DNA of 64,000 nucleotides from assembly GCF_009914755.1 (NCBI RefSeq), contig NC_060942.1. One strand, written 5' to 3'. Position numbers and translations under genes: made by a program. Under the pieces are notes generated by a model. That model was given only the letters and a program-made list of their open reading frames with translations. It did not search any database and was not told the origin of the DNA. The DNA comes from the human T2T-CHM13v2.0 reference genome, Homo sapiens. Of this stretch, positions 43,740-57,886 are shown piece after piece; position 1 is the first letter of the stretch, and the number at the start of each line of letters is the position of its first letter.

Positions 43740-44480
43740 CTTTTGAAAATCAGCTTGATTCATGTATAACTTACAAACAATAAATTACACCCAATTCAAT
43801 GAATTTTGACGAATAATATACTCATATAATTACCACCACAATTAAGATTTGAACATTCTTATTACACTGTCATCAGTCTCCTCAACCCTTGGCCTACTGT
43901 AACAAATGATCTGCTCTCTCTTGCAATAATTCCTCCTTTTCCAGAATGCTCTGTAAGTGGAAGAACACAGTGTGTACTCTTGTGTCTAGCTTCTTTTGCT
44001 TAGTATAATTTAACATTTTTGAGATTCACCACTTTCATTGCATATGGCAGAAGTTCAACCCTCTTTAGTGCTGAGTAATATTCCTTTGTGTGGCTGTCAT
44101 ACAATTTGTTTATCTGTTCACCTGTTGATGCACATTCACCTGCTGACACACCTGTTCTTCTAGTTTGAGGCTGCTATGGACACTGGTGTTCAAGACTTTG
44201 TGTGGAAAGAACTGAATGCCTAGAAGCAGAATTTTGGAGTTATATGGTAAGAATGAGTTTAATCTTTTAAAACCACCAGTCAGGTTTCCAAAATGGCTGT
44301 ACAATTTCGTCTCTCCACCAGCAATGACATGGGTTCCAATTGCTCCCCTGGACAACTGTTAATAAACAATCTTTTAAAATACCAGAGTCAGTATTTTTCA
44401 TTGTAGCCAGTTCAGTAGGTATATAATGGTATCTCATTAAAGTTTGCATTTCCTAATGACTAATGATACTTAGCATTTTT
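43740..44480 (-). mobile_element. L1MB/ME-type 3' fragment
   Basis: Antisense L1 (tttccaaaatggctgtacaattt...ccaccagcaatg; ggtatctcattaaagtttgcatttcctaatgactaatgat). Confidence 0.82.
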
Positions 44481-44799
44481 TGTTGCTTCAAGTAACATTC
44501 TTTTATTTCACATTAGTCAAAATTTACTTTTAAATGTTCAATGCTTAACAAGAAACTTCATGGCAAAAAAAAAAATCACATGAGTTCAACCGTATTGTAG
44601 TTTTTAAAAAGTCTCCCTTAAATATATAGAATGATTGGGAAGTCCTATTGCTGTCTTTTGGCAGACATGTTGGCCCTGTCATGAGAAAGAATTTCTCTGC
44701 AGAGAACAGGGTCCCTCCCCAATCAGGAAGAGAGAAGTGTTTTGAGGAGAAACAGCATTTTATTTCACCAAACCCTGGCTATCTCACGTGGGCTGATAT

Positions 44800-45320
44800 G
44801 AAAGATTGACAGGTGCCTAACCAATATTCAATCCCCTTTTTGTGCTTTGTAAGAGAACCCAGCTTTTATTCAGGCCAGGGGGATGTATCCAGCTGAAAGA
44901 CTGTATTTCCCAGACTTCCTTGTAGCAAGGTGTAGCCATTTAACTAAGTCCTGGCCCACAAGTATGATGGAACATCCAATAACATCCAACAAATGTTGGA
45001 CGAGACATCCAGGAATGCTGTATAGAAAGCTCTTCTCCTATTTGTCTTCCTCTCTCTCTCCTCTTCTCACTGCTTGGATGGCAGGTAGAATGGCTGGAGC
45101 TTTAAAAGCTTATGATGCCCTTGAGGATAGAAATGACAAGCTAAAGTTGCAGATAGACAAAATCTGGGTTGCTAATGAACCTACGAGCCTCCCTTCCCAG
45201 CCCTGTCTGCCTAACTCATCTTCTTTGATGCGAGAAAAGTTTCATGAGAAAATGATGCTCATGCAATTGGTATTTGTGGATTTCTCTTTTGTACAGCCTG
45301 GACCAATTCTAATTGTTACT
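44800..45320 (+). mobile_element. LTR33-like (ERVL) LTR
   Basis: tgtatttcccagacttccttgtagcaaggtgtagccatttaactaagtcctggcc...atggctggagc. Confidence 0.65.
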
Positions 45321-45617
45321 GCCAGTAAAGTAGAGGCATGAACACTACTGCCAGCTACAATGTCCCCGAAACCCCCCAAGAACTCTCGCCAACAGTACAG
45401 GGGGAGGGTCCAAAGCTGACGAGAGCAACGGAAACCAGCAAGCAGCATTAGCCACGTGGAGCATTCGTGAGTAGATTCTGATCTACTGGGTGATTTTGTT
45501 TTATTCTAGCACAGAGCTCTCCTTCAGACCTGAGACTGCGTTCATGAACACTCTGGCCCCCTGAAAAATAAAATAACTACATCATTAAGTTGATTTCATA
45601 AAAATCAGCTCAGGCAA

Positions 45618-45740
45618 TCAGCATGGTATAAAGAATAGAGCATTAAACTAACAATCAAGATGTTGGGGTTTAGTACTCTTTCCCCATTTAAACAACTTTG
45701 AGCAAATTGTTTATGTTTTCTAAGCATTAAATGAACAATT
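45618..45740 (+). mobile_element. MIR fragment
   Basis: cagcatggtataaagaatagagcatt...actttgagcaaattg. Confidence 0.5.
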
Positions 45741-45884
45741 CCATTGCTAGCAGGAATTATACATGTTAATCTTTAATTTGATCCCTCTTTTCTCTCCAAT
45801 GATAGCCCAATCTTGACATTAGATGGAAGTGACTAGAAAGACAATGGTAAGGTGAAGTCATAGGAAGAAAGGAAAACAAGCTAA

Positions 45885-46260
45885 AAGTATATTTTAATGT
45901 AATACTACACACTATATATAATAGATTTAAATAATATATAGATATATATTTACATTAACATAATATATACATTTATTTCATCTAATATATTTATTTATAT
46001 ATTAAGAAATTTATTTCTTAATATATTTATAATAAGAATTATAATATATAATATATAATAATTATTATATTTATAATTGAGAAGAAAGATTTTAAATACA
46101 TATTAAAGCAGAAATATAGTAAATATATAAATATATATTTCTATAATATAGAAATCCATTATATATTTCTATAATATATAAATCCAACTATATATTTAAT
46201 ATATTTCTTCCTATATACACATAATAGATAATAATATATATTATTTTATATCATCTTATA
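45885..46260. repeat. AT-rich / (TA)n low-complexity tract
   Basis: About 370 bp almost entirely A/T. Confidence 0.92.
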
Positions 46261-46504
46261 TGCTAAGGTGATTTAGGCTGGTGAAAAGAAAATAAGCTTC
46301 TTGTGAAACTGATTCTGTCAGTATGAACAGTAATAAAGAAATAGCTGTAATGTCAAGATTTCTGTCTTCTTTTCCACCCTTAATATTTTTGTGTCTTATT
46401 ATAGAGGCACACAATAGTATCAGTGTTAGTTGCAAAAATAGGCACAATTCTCCCCCTCCTTATATGCATGCCCAGGCTATCCTGCAGTTTTTCTGTTGGC
46501 CCTG

Positions 46505-46706
46505 CTGACAGCCAGAAGCCCCCAGTGGCTGAGCTGCCCATCTGGCAGCTGACCTTAGACACATGAGGGAGCCCAGTCAAGACCCAAAGGGTCACCTGGA
46601 TGAGCTGAAATTACTGACCTACAGAATCATGAGCTAAGTAAATGGTTGTTTTGTTAAGCCACAAATTTCTGGGGCTGTTTGTTATTCAGCAAAAGCTAAC
46701 TGATAC
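46505..46706 (+). mobile_element. MLT1H/I-like LTR 3' part
   Basis: acagaatcatgagctaagtaaatggttgttttgttaagccac...gtttgttattcagcaaaagctaactgatac. Confidence 0.75.
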
Positions 46707-47267
46707 TTAAACCTGTGAATTTTTGAAACCCAATCTCCTTATGTGTAATTTTTCCTTTCCCGGATTTGAAAAAGAAACAAGAAGGGGGCTTTTTAGTACA
46801 AAATTCCTCCCCAGCAAACCATCATGTCTAGGGCAACAAAACATTAGTAGAGATGAAGGGACTTTTCTGTGTTCACCTTATGGCCAACAAGGCTACTGAA
46901 TTTCTATTTTACTGCACTGAAGCAAATGCCTGAAGATCACTGTATTTATCTTTTCTTTATAAATGAGGTTGTATTACTTTGTAATCCCCTGGTAGGTTTT
47001 GCCATGAACACCCCCCTCCAACATGAACTGCCTGTGCTTCCTGCACCTGTGCTGGTGGCCTGGGAGTCATTCTCCACCATCAGTATCCTGTGAAACCAAC
47101 CAACTCCCAGGAGCCTGTTTTCATGGCCACGGGCTGATGTAGGCTCACCTCCAAATGCAGGAAAGGAGCAAACTGCTTTTATTTTCAAGCTCCAAAGTTT
47201 ATTTTTGAAATACAAGTTTGTCTTCCCAGGAAATCCTGAAGTTTTTCTGAGCATGTGAATGTATAGG

Positions 47268-47694
47268 TGCCTTAGGTCATTCTTGCACTGCTATAAAGAA
47301 ACACCTGAGACTGGGTAATTTACTAGAAAAGAAATCTAATTGGCTCACAGTTCTGTAGGCTGTACAGGAAGCATAGCAGCATCTGCTTCTGGGGGAACTC
47401 CAGAAACTTTTACTCATGGTGAAAGGGACAGGGGGAGCAGGCACTTTACATGGCAAAAGCAGGAGCAAGAGAGAGAGAACGAGTTGGGGGAGGGAAAGGG
47501 CCACACACTTTTAAATGGCCAGATCTCCTGAGAGCTCAGAAAGAGAGCTCATTTATCACCAAGGCGATGGCCCAAGCTGTTCCTGAGGGATCTGTCCCCA
47601 TGATCCAAACACCTCCCTCCAGGCCCCACCTCCGACACTGGGGATTACAATTCAACATGAGATTCGGGTGGGGAAAAATATTCAAACTATATTA
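47268..47694 (-). mobile_element. MSTA-like MaLR solo LTR
   Basis: cttgcactgctataaagaaacacctgagactgggtaatt...gggattacaattcaacatgagatt; perfect 5-bp TSD ATAGG at 47263-47267 and 47695-47699. Confidence 0.93.
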
Positions 47695-48422
47695 ATAGGT
47701 TAATTAAAGAATTTGTTTTGTTATGCCCCACCTCATCACGCAGAGGATTCACAGTGGCTGTGGAGGGCTTGCAGTACACGTAGACATATTAGGAGCCCTC
47801 CATGGGATATAAATTTAATGGTGCTATGCAAACTCCTCTCTCTCAAGTATCTGTCTCATGCCCATCACCATGCCTGGATTCACTCTACTAACCCGTTATT
47901 CCCTCTGATCTTAGAGGTTTTTTTGATGTTTAAGAGTTCCTCATCACCAGTAAATCTCCCTGCTGTCATCACTTAGCACATCCACGGGAATGAGCTGATT
48001 GCTAGCTGGAAGAAAGAGTAGGCTGTAGGATAGGTGCTGAGAGAGGTGTGTGGTGCCATTTCAATTTCATGTATTTCACCGTGTTTGAGGGGTGCCTTCA
48101 TTTTAAACTGTAGAATTTATCTCTAGGAGGCCCTGCAGATTACCGGCTATTGTTTCCAAGTCTCTTTCACATTCAGCAGATGATAATACACTTTCCTTCC
48201 TTGAAAGGTATTAGCATTCCCTCATTATTACTTTGGAAGCAGCTTTATTTCATTGTTGAGCTTGTGTTCCAAGCACAAAATGTCTTAGGGATCCTCGGAG
48301 GCCATCTCCTCTGATCCACTTTCCACCCTGACTTCATAAACTGGGAAGTGAGGATCAAAGAGCTGAAGAGACTTCCCTGGACTCTGAACCTCCCCGACCA
48401 ACTGCCTCGCTCGTCTACTTAA

Positions 48423-48424
<2 letters not shown>

Positions 48425-48466
<42 letters not shown>
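48425..48466. repeat. (AC)n microsatellite
   Basis: About 21 perfect AC units. Confidence 0.97.
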
Positions 48467-48468
<2 letters not shown>

Positions 48469-48649
48469 CCCTACCTCTGAGAATCCTGGGATTTGGAGGA
48501 ATGTAGTTTGGGATTTAGAAAGCAAGAAAGAGAGAAGGGAGAAAGAAGGAGACAGGTAGAGGAAGGGACAGGAGAAAAGAACGAAGGCAAAAGGCCGGCA
48601 ACTTTCTCACCCTAAATCTCATATCAAATTAATCTTTTCCTGAAGAGAC

Positions 48650-48890
48650 AATAGGGTGCAGTCTTTAAATGTCCAGGCTTGAAACCAGGCTGCCAGCTTA
48701 AAATCCTGCTTCTACTGCCCACAAGCCATGTGAACACACAACTCACTGAAACTCTCTTTTCTGTCTCAACCTACATAAGACCAGGATGAGAATACGAGAG
48801 AACCTACCTCATGCGTGGTTGTTCAATTAAATGAATATACGCACATGTGCAGTACAACAGTTCCCAGCACTCACAAAAACCTGTGTACAT
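48650..48890 (+). mobile_element. MIR
   Basis: ttaaaatcctgcttctactgcccacaagccatgtga...acctacctcat...ggttgtt. Confidence 0.55.
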
Positions 48891-48899
48891 AGTAGTCTA

Positions 48900-49620
48900 T
48901 GTGATTCTTCCCGAATTTTTTAGGCAGACTAAATCTCATCTCCCCAATTCCGCAGTACAACCCCCTTTGTCTTCGCATGTAACTTACCGTACTGTGACTG
49001 TTTGCCTGCCTTTCTCCCTACCAGACTGTGAGTCCCTGGAGGGCCTTCCTTTTTATTTTAATCTTCAGAGGCTGACACAGTACTTAGCACATAGTAAGTC
49101 CTCCGAAAATACCATTTCAATGAATGAATGATTCAATGATTTCATAATACTGATAGAACAGAGTCCATATTTCTTAACAGCTCATCTGTCAGATCCCTCA
49201 GAATATGACTGCAACGTCACTTTTGAATGTCCTCTGCCACCTTCCCACCTCTGCATCTTACGTTCTATCATAAAAGTGCCATATGCTCTTCGCTGCCATG
49301 ATATGCTCGTGCTGTTCCCACTCTGATGTAAAATGTCCTTCCCTTCTTTCTCTGCCCGGTGAATTTCTTTACTTCCTCAGGCCTTCTTTGAATGTCATCA
49401 CTTCTGTGAGTTCTTCCAGACTGCTCCAAGCCCCCAGCCAGAACATATTGCCTTTTTTGATGTGCTCTCCTAGGTCTTTGTTCGCTAGCATGCAGCTTGT
49501 GAAAATAAACTGTGCTTGGTCGCATGCCTGTCTCTCTTTCTCCCTCTTTTACTTGTCAGCTTCTCCTGGAATAAGCATGTCTGGACTGCCAGATTTCAAT
49601 AAATATTTGTTGAAGATTAA
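48900..49620 (+). mobile_element. L2 3' fragments (two tails)
   Basis: ccagactgtgagtccctggaggg...gcacatagtaag...aatgaatgaatga; second tail ttcaataaatatttgttgaa. Confidence 0.6.
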
Positions 49621-50080
49621 TGCCTGGGACTTCACTGCTTTGGGTGATGTTTAGATTTCTGTCTGCCACGTCTACTCAAGGCTCAGTAGGTTATTTCTGC
49701 TGGCCAGGCTAATCAAAGGCATTTGCTGATGCAAGCTAGGTGGTCTGTGCCTGGTAGAGTCACAGATCACTAAGCCTTATCCTTAGTATTCAGTGAGTTG
49801 TTTAATAAGCCAGTTTTTTCAGGGAGTTTCTTTTGTTGTTGTTCTTTTCTGTACTATCCCCTCAAACTGGAGCCAATGGGTCTGAAGGATGCTTCCTGGA
49901 GATGTGCTGCAAACCAACAGGTTTACCATGTTTTTGAAGTTTTCCTGATTTGGCCCAAAAAGTTATATTTTTATATGTTAAAGTTTTTCCTCATTCTTCT
50001 CATAGAAGAGGGGGTTTTGACATTTGTTTAAAACCGTAGGTTCTTGTAGATAATTCATTTTTGTTTTCTGGATGAATCTC

Positions 50081-50455
50081 TATATTAGTCCATTCTCACA
50101 CTGCTAATAAAAACATACCCGAGACTGGGTAATTTATAAAGGAAAGAGGTTTAATTGACTCACAGTTCAGCATGGCTGGGGAGGCCTCAGAAAACTTACA
50201 ATCATGGCAGAAGGGGAAGCAAACACGTCCTTCTGCACATGGCAGCAGCAAGGGGAAGTGCTGAATGAAGTAGGGGAAAGCCCCTTATAAAACCATCAGA
50301 TCTCATGAGCACTCATTCACTATCATGAGAATAGCATGGGGGAAACCACCCCCACAATTCAATTATCTCCACCTGGTCCTTCCCACGACACATGGGGATT
50401 ATGGGAACTGCTATTTAAAATGAGATTTGGGTGAGGACACAGCCAAACCACGTCA
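50081..50455 (-). mobile_element. THE1 (THE1C-like) MaLR solo LTR
   Basis: attagtccattctcacactgctaataaaaacatacccgagactgggtaatttataaagg...ggacacagccaaacca; TSD atctc/atccc. Confidence 0.95.
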
Positions 50456-51399
50456 ATCCCAATGCTGTTTTATAAAAATAAATGGCTTTGTAATCTCAGA
50501 TTGATATTAATCTAAGAATTTTTGTCTTTGTGTGTATATGGGTGCTGATATTTACAGCCAGTTATGGGGGTCAGGAAAGAAGAAGAAGAATGGATAAAGA
50601 TTCCCTAATGAAGGGCTTGCAAATGCCAAAGGTGACAGTTGAATTCCATTAGATGTCTATTTTACTTAGCCATCACAGGGTAAAAGACCAGAACACCCGA
50701 CGGATACCAACCACTTCTGTTAACAAACCTCTGTCTCTCTCGGCTTTGCGTGTCCCCCTCCTCCTTCATAGCCTAAATTCTGCATCAAAGTGTTTTCAGG
50801 GATATTATCTTCTTCATTGGGTTTAGTCACATGAAACTAAGGAGAAACAGGTAATCCTCTTCCACATTCTTGGAGGCCTAATTATTCTCAGACATGTCTT
50901 AGATCTAATCAGCAAAACTATGTGCATTCACATGTTCACACACAGACACACACAGAAGAAATCCCTTCAAAAAGATGCTAAGGCAAACATACACTTTTGT
51001 ACCTGGTATTTTCATTTAAACCTTTCAAAACTATTTTTAAGTGTTAGAGCTGTTAAGAAAGGTAACGTGAATTTAAACATTATTTTGTGTTGATATATAT
51101 GTTATTGAGTTGATAGTCTTAGTTTCAAGTATAAAAATGAGGAACTTACCACGATTTTAAAGTAAACTTCATGGCATGAAATAGATGGATGCAATATTTG
51201 TTTTCACAACAACTTCAGTTATGCATAATAGGAAAAGGATACAGTCTTGCCCAATGTAGTTCCATGAGCTCCACAGTTACAGCTCATCTTCCAGAGTCAT
51301 CATTAGCCTGTAAGATGACTCAGAAATGTGACCTGTTAAATAATTGTACAGTAGCAAGAGTTTATATTTCTAGAGTTTTGGCTGTCCAGAGAGATAGCT

Positions 51400-51560
51400 A
51401 TAATGCACTTTCATTTAAATTTTACTTTAAGACAACTAGGTTGATATTATTATTCCCATATTACAGATGAGAAAACAGGTTCAGATAACTTTTAAGTAAT
51501 TTACCCAAGATTACAAACTGGTAAACACATTTGGAGTTTGAATTCAGATGTGTCTGATTT
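51400..51560 (-). mobile_element. MIR
   Basis: attattattcccatattacagatgagaaaacagg...aagtaatttacccaagattaca. Confidence 0.8.
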
Positions 51561-51562
51561 CA

Positions 51563-51960
<398 letters not shown>

Positions 51961-52049
51961 TCATATTTGCCCTTTTCCTTAAGGAAATAAGTCAAACAAG
52001 ATGAACTTAAATGGATAAATCCAAAACATATTTACTGCTAAGACATATA

Positions 52050-52375
52050 CTAAACTCTTCTCATGCCTGGACTATTACCATAATCTCCTAACTGATTTCT
52101 CTATCTCAGTCACTTCATCTGCAATCTATTTTGTATTCTGCCTCCAGATAAATATTCACAAAGCATGATGTTCTTCTCTTCAAAGACCTCTTATTCCTCT
52201 GAATAACTAGAGTATGTTGTTTATACTATTCATGTGGTACTTAACTTATACTATCCTGTGATTTAGGAATATGTATACAATTTATATTTCTTCATGCAAT
52301 GTAAGCACTTTAAGAGTCGAACCTTAAATGTTTAGCCAAAGTAAGCACTTAATAAAGAATTATCAAATTGAGAAT
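52050..52375 (+). mobile_element. L2 fragments
   Basis: tctcatgcctggactattaccataatctcctaactg; tail agtaagcacttaataaa. Confidence 0.55.
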
Positions 52376-54498
52376 TTTCCACTAGACAGCAGAAAATGCA
52401 TTATTTTTGTTCTGTGTCTGGCTCTTCAAATGGACTCAGCCCAGCCATGCTGTATATTCTCAGAACACATCAAAAACCTGCCACCATCTCTTCTTGTTCA
52501 TTTACTCAGATCTCTCTCCTCTTTTATTTCAACCTCCCTATTCCTTGGGCTCTTGTTACCTGAACCCTTGGCTCTGCCCTCTAACCATTAAAACCTACCT
52601 CTTACATTGCTGGCTTGGATGCTATATTTCATCTCCAAATACGATTCTCCAACTCTGATTCTTGGCATCCTGTTTTGGACCCAATCGATATTTACTATTT
52701 GTATGTGTGCCAATAACAAATTGCTATTCCCTCTGTCACAATGTAGCTCATGGGACTAACACCACCTGGGCCAATCCACCCTGACTCCCTGCCAGGAAAC
52801 ACAGATTAAACACATTGTCCAAAATACTTAAAACACTTAGAATGTATTATCCACTGAGTACTGGATGAGTTAACAGAAAGGAAACCATTGGGCTCCTTAG
52901 ACAACAAAGTGCAGGTTGATTAGAATGCCTTAGAAAGCCTTTCCACGTCCAGCTGAAAAGGACTGCAAGAAAAATAGGACAGAAAGTGTAATAGAAAGAT
53001 CCTTATTTTGCAGTCCAGACACAGATTCCATTTCTGGTACTGTCAGATACACATAATATCTACTGAGTTTACTTTAACGGCTGTGAAAAGAATCAAATGA
53101 GATCATAACTGTGAGAGTTCTTTGTCAAATCTAAATGTTCAATGGGTGTAAGATACTTGAAAAATAGCTGAAATAACTAGGCCCTCCTCTACACTGCCTC
53201 TTGTGTAGAAAATGAAGGCATTGGACCAGATTATCACATATCACCTTCCAGTATTGTGAGTCTAGGAGAACTTCCAGCCCTGTTCCTTCACACAGGGACA
53301 GTGTTTGGCTCCTTCCCTCTCCCTGTCTGAGGATTTGCAGCTCCAACCACTGGGGCACAAAGAGATGACCTGACCTTCTCGAGGTTACATAGCGACAAGC
53401 AAGGGATCAATGATGAGCACGCACTGCTCTGCTCATGCATCGGGCCATGCTCATGACTCTTCTCACATCTGTTCCGACCCATCTGCCTTCCCAGGATTCC
53501 ACTAGGGCTAGCATGGCCCCTGCAGCAGCTTGTGTTGTTCCCACAGTCCTAAAGCACTGGAACCATCCCTGTCATTGCCTCATTTTCTGACAGCAGTAAT
53601 CTTCCAGGAATTTGTGGGACATGAGAGCCAGGCTGAGGCATGATCTCTGATGCACCTGCTGCAGTGAGACCCGCAGCGGGTCCGCCCTGCTTGGACCCCT
53701 GGAGGAGCTGGTCCCCAGCAGTTCCCAGAGATGCTGAATTCCATAACCCAAAGTGTAGGAACGTTAAGCCTTCATGGGACAGGCTGGAGTTGGAGAAAAG
53801 CCTGGTCACAAAATGGGTGCTCTCCTTCTCCCCGGTGGACATGGTGGCTTCAAACAGCGAGTTGGCTGGTTCCCATGAGACAGAGTAACAATCAGCCTGG
53901 AATTTGCTTTCCCTCCTTCCCTTCCTCACTCTCCTTTCCCCTTCACTCTTCTTCCCTGAGGTTGCACTTCCACATAGAACACTGGCACAGAGCTTTGCTT
54001 TGTTTAGCTTTTGATTTTGGGAGAACCCAGAGAATGTTGAGACTTTCCTATTGTTAAGATTTTTGCCACACTGCTCCTCGTTTCTGGCAGTGGCATGGCA
54101 ATGTTTCTGGGCGTTGTCTTGTAAAACAAAAATCTTTATTACTAAGCTGCATTTTCTCACTATTACACACATCTTTAGCTGGTTGGCAAAATATAAAATC
54201 ACACCCATGTATGTAACCAATAATCATTCAGTTTTTAAAAAACTATGCTAGTTTGTGTTAAAATGATAGCACCCAAATCAAATTGTAACATATGCATGTG
54301 TTTGGCATGCTAATTGGGGAGACAGTTTAACTGAAATAAAGCACACCGCCGAAAGAACACATTAGGTAGTGTCTAAAAGATCCCTGCTCCAGTATTTTAC
54401 ATGCGAGAACATGCAACATTTTAGCAATTCACATTTTGTTATTTTGTTCCTTAGCATTTTGGAAGAAGTTGCTATGCTTTTAGAAATAAAAGAGGGAA

Positions 54499-54664
54499 GG
54501 TGAGGCTCAGTGGCTCATGCCTGTAATTTGGAAAGCCCAGGGAGGCAGGTCACTTGAGTCCACAAGTTCAAGACCAGCCTGGGCAACACAGCAAAACCCC
54601 ATCTCTACCAAAAAGAAAAAAAAAGAAAAGAAATGAAATGAAAAGGAAAAAGAAAAAGAAAAAA
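54499..54664 (+). mobile_element. Alu left monomer / FLAM
   Basis: Single monomer and long A-rich tail; 16-bp direct repeat ttagaaataaaagagg at 54480-54495 and 54677-54692. Confidence 0.88.
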
Positions 54665-57517
54665 GCAAGTCACAGATTAGAAATAAAAGAGGCAGAGAAG
54701 ATGAGGCAATGGCAGCAGCATCCAGGGCTGTAGGAGTGTGGGAACAAGGGGATCTGCTGCTGGGGCCACAGACAAATCTCAACATGCACCAAGGAGCCAA
54801 TTTCCTGGTTCACATAATCAGGTAAACAGAATTACAGGGAAGCATGAAAAACCTGGATATGAGATGAGTAAGTAGCAAACCCTCAGGTTGCCAGGCCCAG
54901 TGACTATTTCCAGTAGTGGAATTCAGAAAGTGTTAGGACTGAGGAGAATCCAACCTGAAAGTGGAGAATTTATCCTTGAGTAATACATAGCTCCTGCTAA
55001 TGTTTTTGCTGAGAGCAATTTGGTGGAAATAAATGCAATTAAGTTTGAGATTTGCAGGGATTTGTGTAATAGCTTGTAGAGTCTTGGATAACTAAACTAT
55101 ATGAATGGCTGATGAAGTGACTGTACTTCAAGTCTCAACACTGAAAAATTGCAGTATGAGAGAGGCTGAGGATTCCCCCAGAGTCAGTATAAAGGCATAA
55201 AGCATGTGCTTATCATGAGGGAGTAGGAACTGGATGGGGGACAAAGTCATGAACACACAGGAAAGTATGGATATGACGGAGGCCCAATTTTCTTTGCTAA
55301 ACCTAACTGAGCATTTCAGCAAGACACACAATACCTGACTCACATCATAACACATTTACCGTTTTTGGGCAGAAGTAAGTATATATTGAACTGTATATAC
55401 TTTATTCTGTAAGGTTATTTTAGTAGTTTTCATCTTTCAATTAGCTGTTTAGTCCTTTGAATAGAATTCCTAGAAAAACACCTCCATAGCATACTCTGAA
55501 TGATGGTCATCTGAAATAAGATCACTGCCAATTACATTCAAGCTACTCTGAGCTGAGGTCCAGGGCAGGCCTGAGTGGAGGTCAAGAAGAAAGCATTTGC
55601 CTGGAGTGGCTTTGGTGGACAGAGCAGGGCAGGAAAAAAATAAGTAGGACACTTCCTATACAAAGACACTGAGCAGTAGAGTAGTCAGAACCAGGCTGTT
55701 CGTAGAAACTCATGGCTGGAGCTCATGAGAAAGAAGGAAGACGTATTCAGTACACAAAGGTAGGTCAGATGACCAAAGGAATATAGACAGTGGACAGATG
55801 GCTCATGTGGGAAAACTCTCAGGAGGACCTAGGCAGAATTAGGCATAGGCAGAATTGAGAACCTTCTTGAAAAGCATGTCATTCAAAAGAGGCCACGTTG
55901 CCGAAAGCTGAGACTCATTTAATGATCAGCATTGTGGCAGTCTGCAAGAGTGAGATGTCCAGTTGAATGTTATCTGGTAAGGTGATTTTGTGACAACTCA
56001 CATTTTCCCGTCTTTATTCGTCTATCTTCATTCTTTAAAGAGCAATTGATGTGGAATCTGGCACCCAGAGTGGCTTTTCAGAAAATAGCATCCCTTGCAG
56101 AATGGTGCTTAAATATGGCTGTTTAGATTTAAATGTGCCTCTAATTACATGTCTCTAATCAGGTTCCTGATTTATCTTGCAAAATAGCAAATCTGGCTAT
56201 TGGAATCCAGGTATCCTTTAAGCCTTACATCATTAGGTTTGAGATGCTGCAGCAAACTTCCAGACTTTTATTAGATGGTGCTGTTGATTGAGAAAGTGGC
56301 TTTCTAGAGTGAGTCTTCTCTGGATAGGCCAAACTCATCTCCCAAGCCAGAGATTCATTCAGCAGCAGTTCCTGAACTGACTGCTTGTGGGAGGCTGTCC
56401 TTGGGGTTTCCCACAGGTGGGAGAACAACTGTCGGGGAAGGAGGGAAGGAAGGAGCTGTAACAAAATTCAGGGGTAGGAATTCAGGAGCAGAGTTATAGT
56501 TGAGAAAGGAAGCAAAGCCTGGCTGGCTGCCCTGGAACTCAGCCAACACTGGGGCAAGTTAGGAGTGAGGGTGCAAGGTCTCACTGGCACCCGGGCCCAG
56601 GTGGAGCTAGACTGGAAGGGAGACTATGTGCCTGAGCTCATGCCCAGAGGTCACCTGGCTCATGGTGCCCTGGCCACACTCTTCCAGATGAGACAAATGC
56701 CAAGGTCCTTCTCTGCAGTGGGCTTGCTTACAACAGTGCAAGCAGATCTCACAGAGCAAAAGTCTAGATGAAAAAAGAAAAAGAAGGTAGTGGGAGGCAG
56801 TGAAATTTGCAAACAGAAATGCTTTAAATGACCCACTTCGTTGACCTGGAGGTTATCTATTTTTAGAACAAAAATTGGGAACATTTTGACATACAAATTA
56901 ATATTGAATATTTTCTATGCATTGCTTTTTAGCAGTTGTTCGTAAGATTTCTGCAGTACTCTCCATTGTGTAGAATGCAGGCTACCCCTTTGTAATCAGA
57001 AGACCACAGGGCTCTAGCAGGGCATATTGGCATCAATTCCCTCCCACTACATGATTTCGGCTTGTATTTCTGTCTGCTCTCCTTAGCTGAGCTTGCCTAG
57101 GATGTAGATTGCTTCTTCCATCTTTCCCTCCCAATATGGAGGTTCTGCAGAACTGGTCATTCACATTAATAAGCATCTCAGCCCTCTATAAACCAGAGAC
57201 TTTTCCCAAACCATGAATTTCTATGACAGCAAGGATTAATAATAGGAGGGTAGAGTTAGAGTTCTCAATCTGAATTTATTACAGCCTATTTTGGGTGAAA
57301 TACCAAAACCATATGGTGGCAACAAGACAGACTATGTGTTTGTTTTATTTGATTTTTATAAGCCTTTATGTGTGTTTACAGGTTTATTTTTAAAAGGGGA
57401 CGTTTCTTCCATAACAATATGCTTAGTTCTTTGAAAGCAGATGAGAAATTCAAGAACATAAAGGAAATGTTTTAACCAATTCTTTTCCTAAGGAGTGAAA
57501 GACAAAAAGGAAAACTG

Positions 57518-57886
<369 letters not shown>

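Noticed and set aside
44883-45341. 152-aa ORF
   Set aside because: Lies within an LTR33-like LTR; no protein similarity
53549-54220. 223-aa minus-strand ORF
   Set aside because: Non-ATG start, no recognisable domain, composition like random sequence
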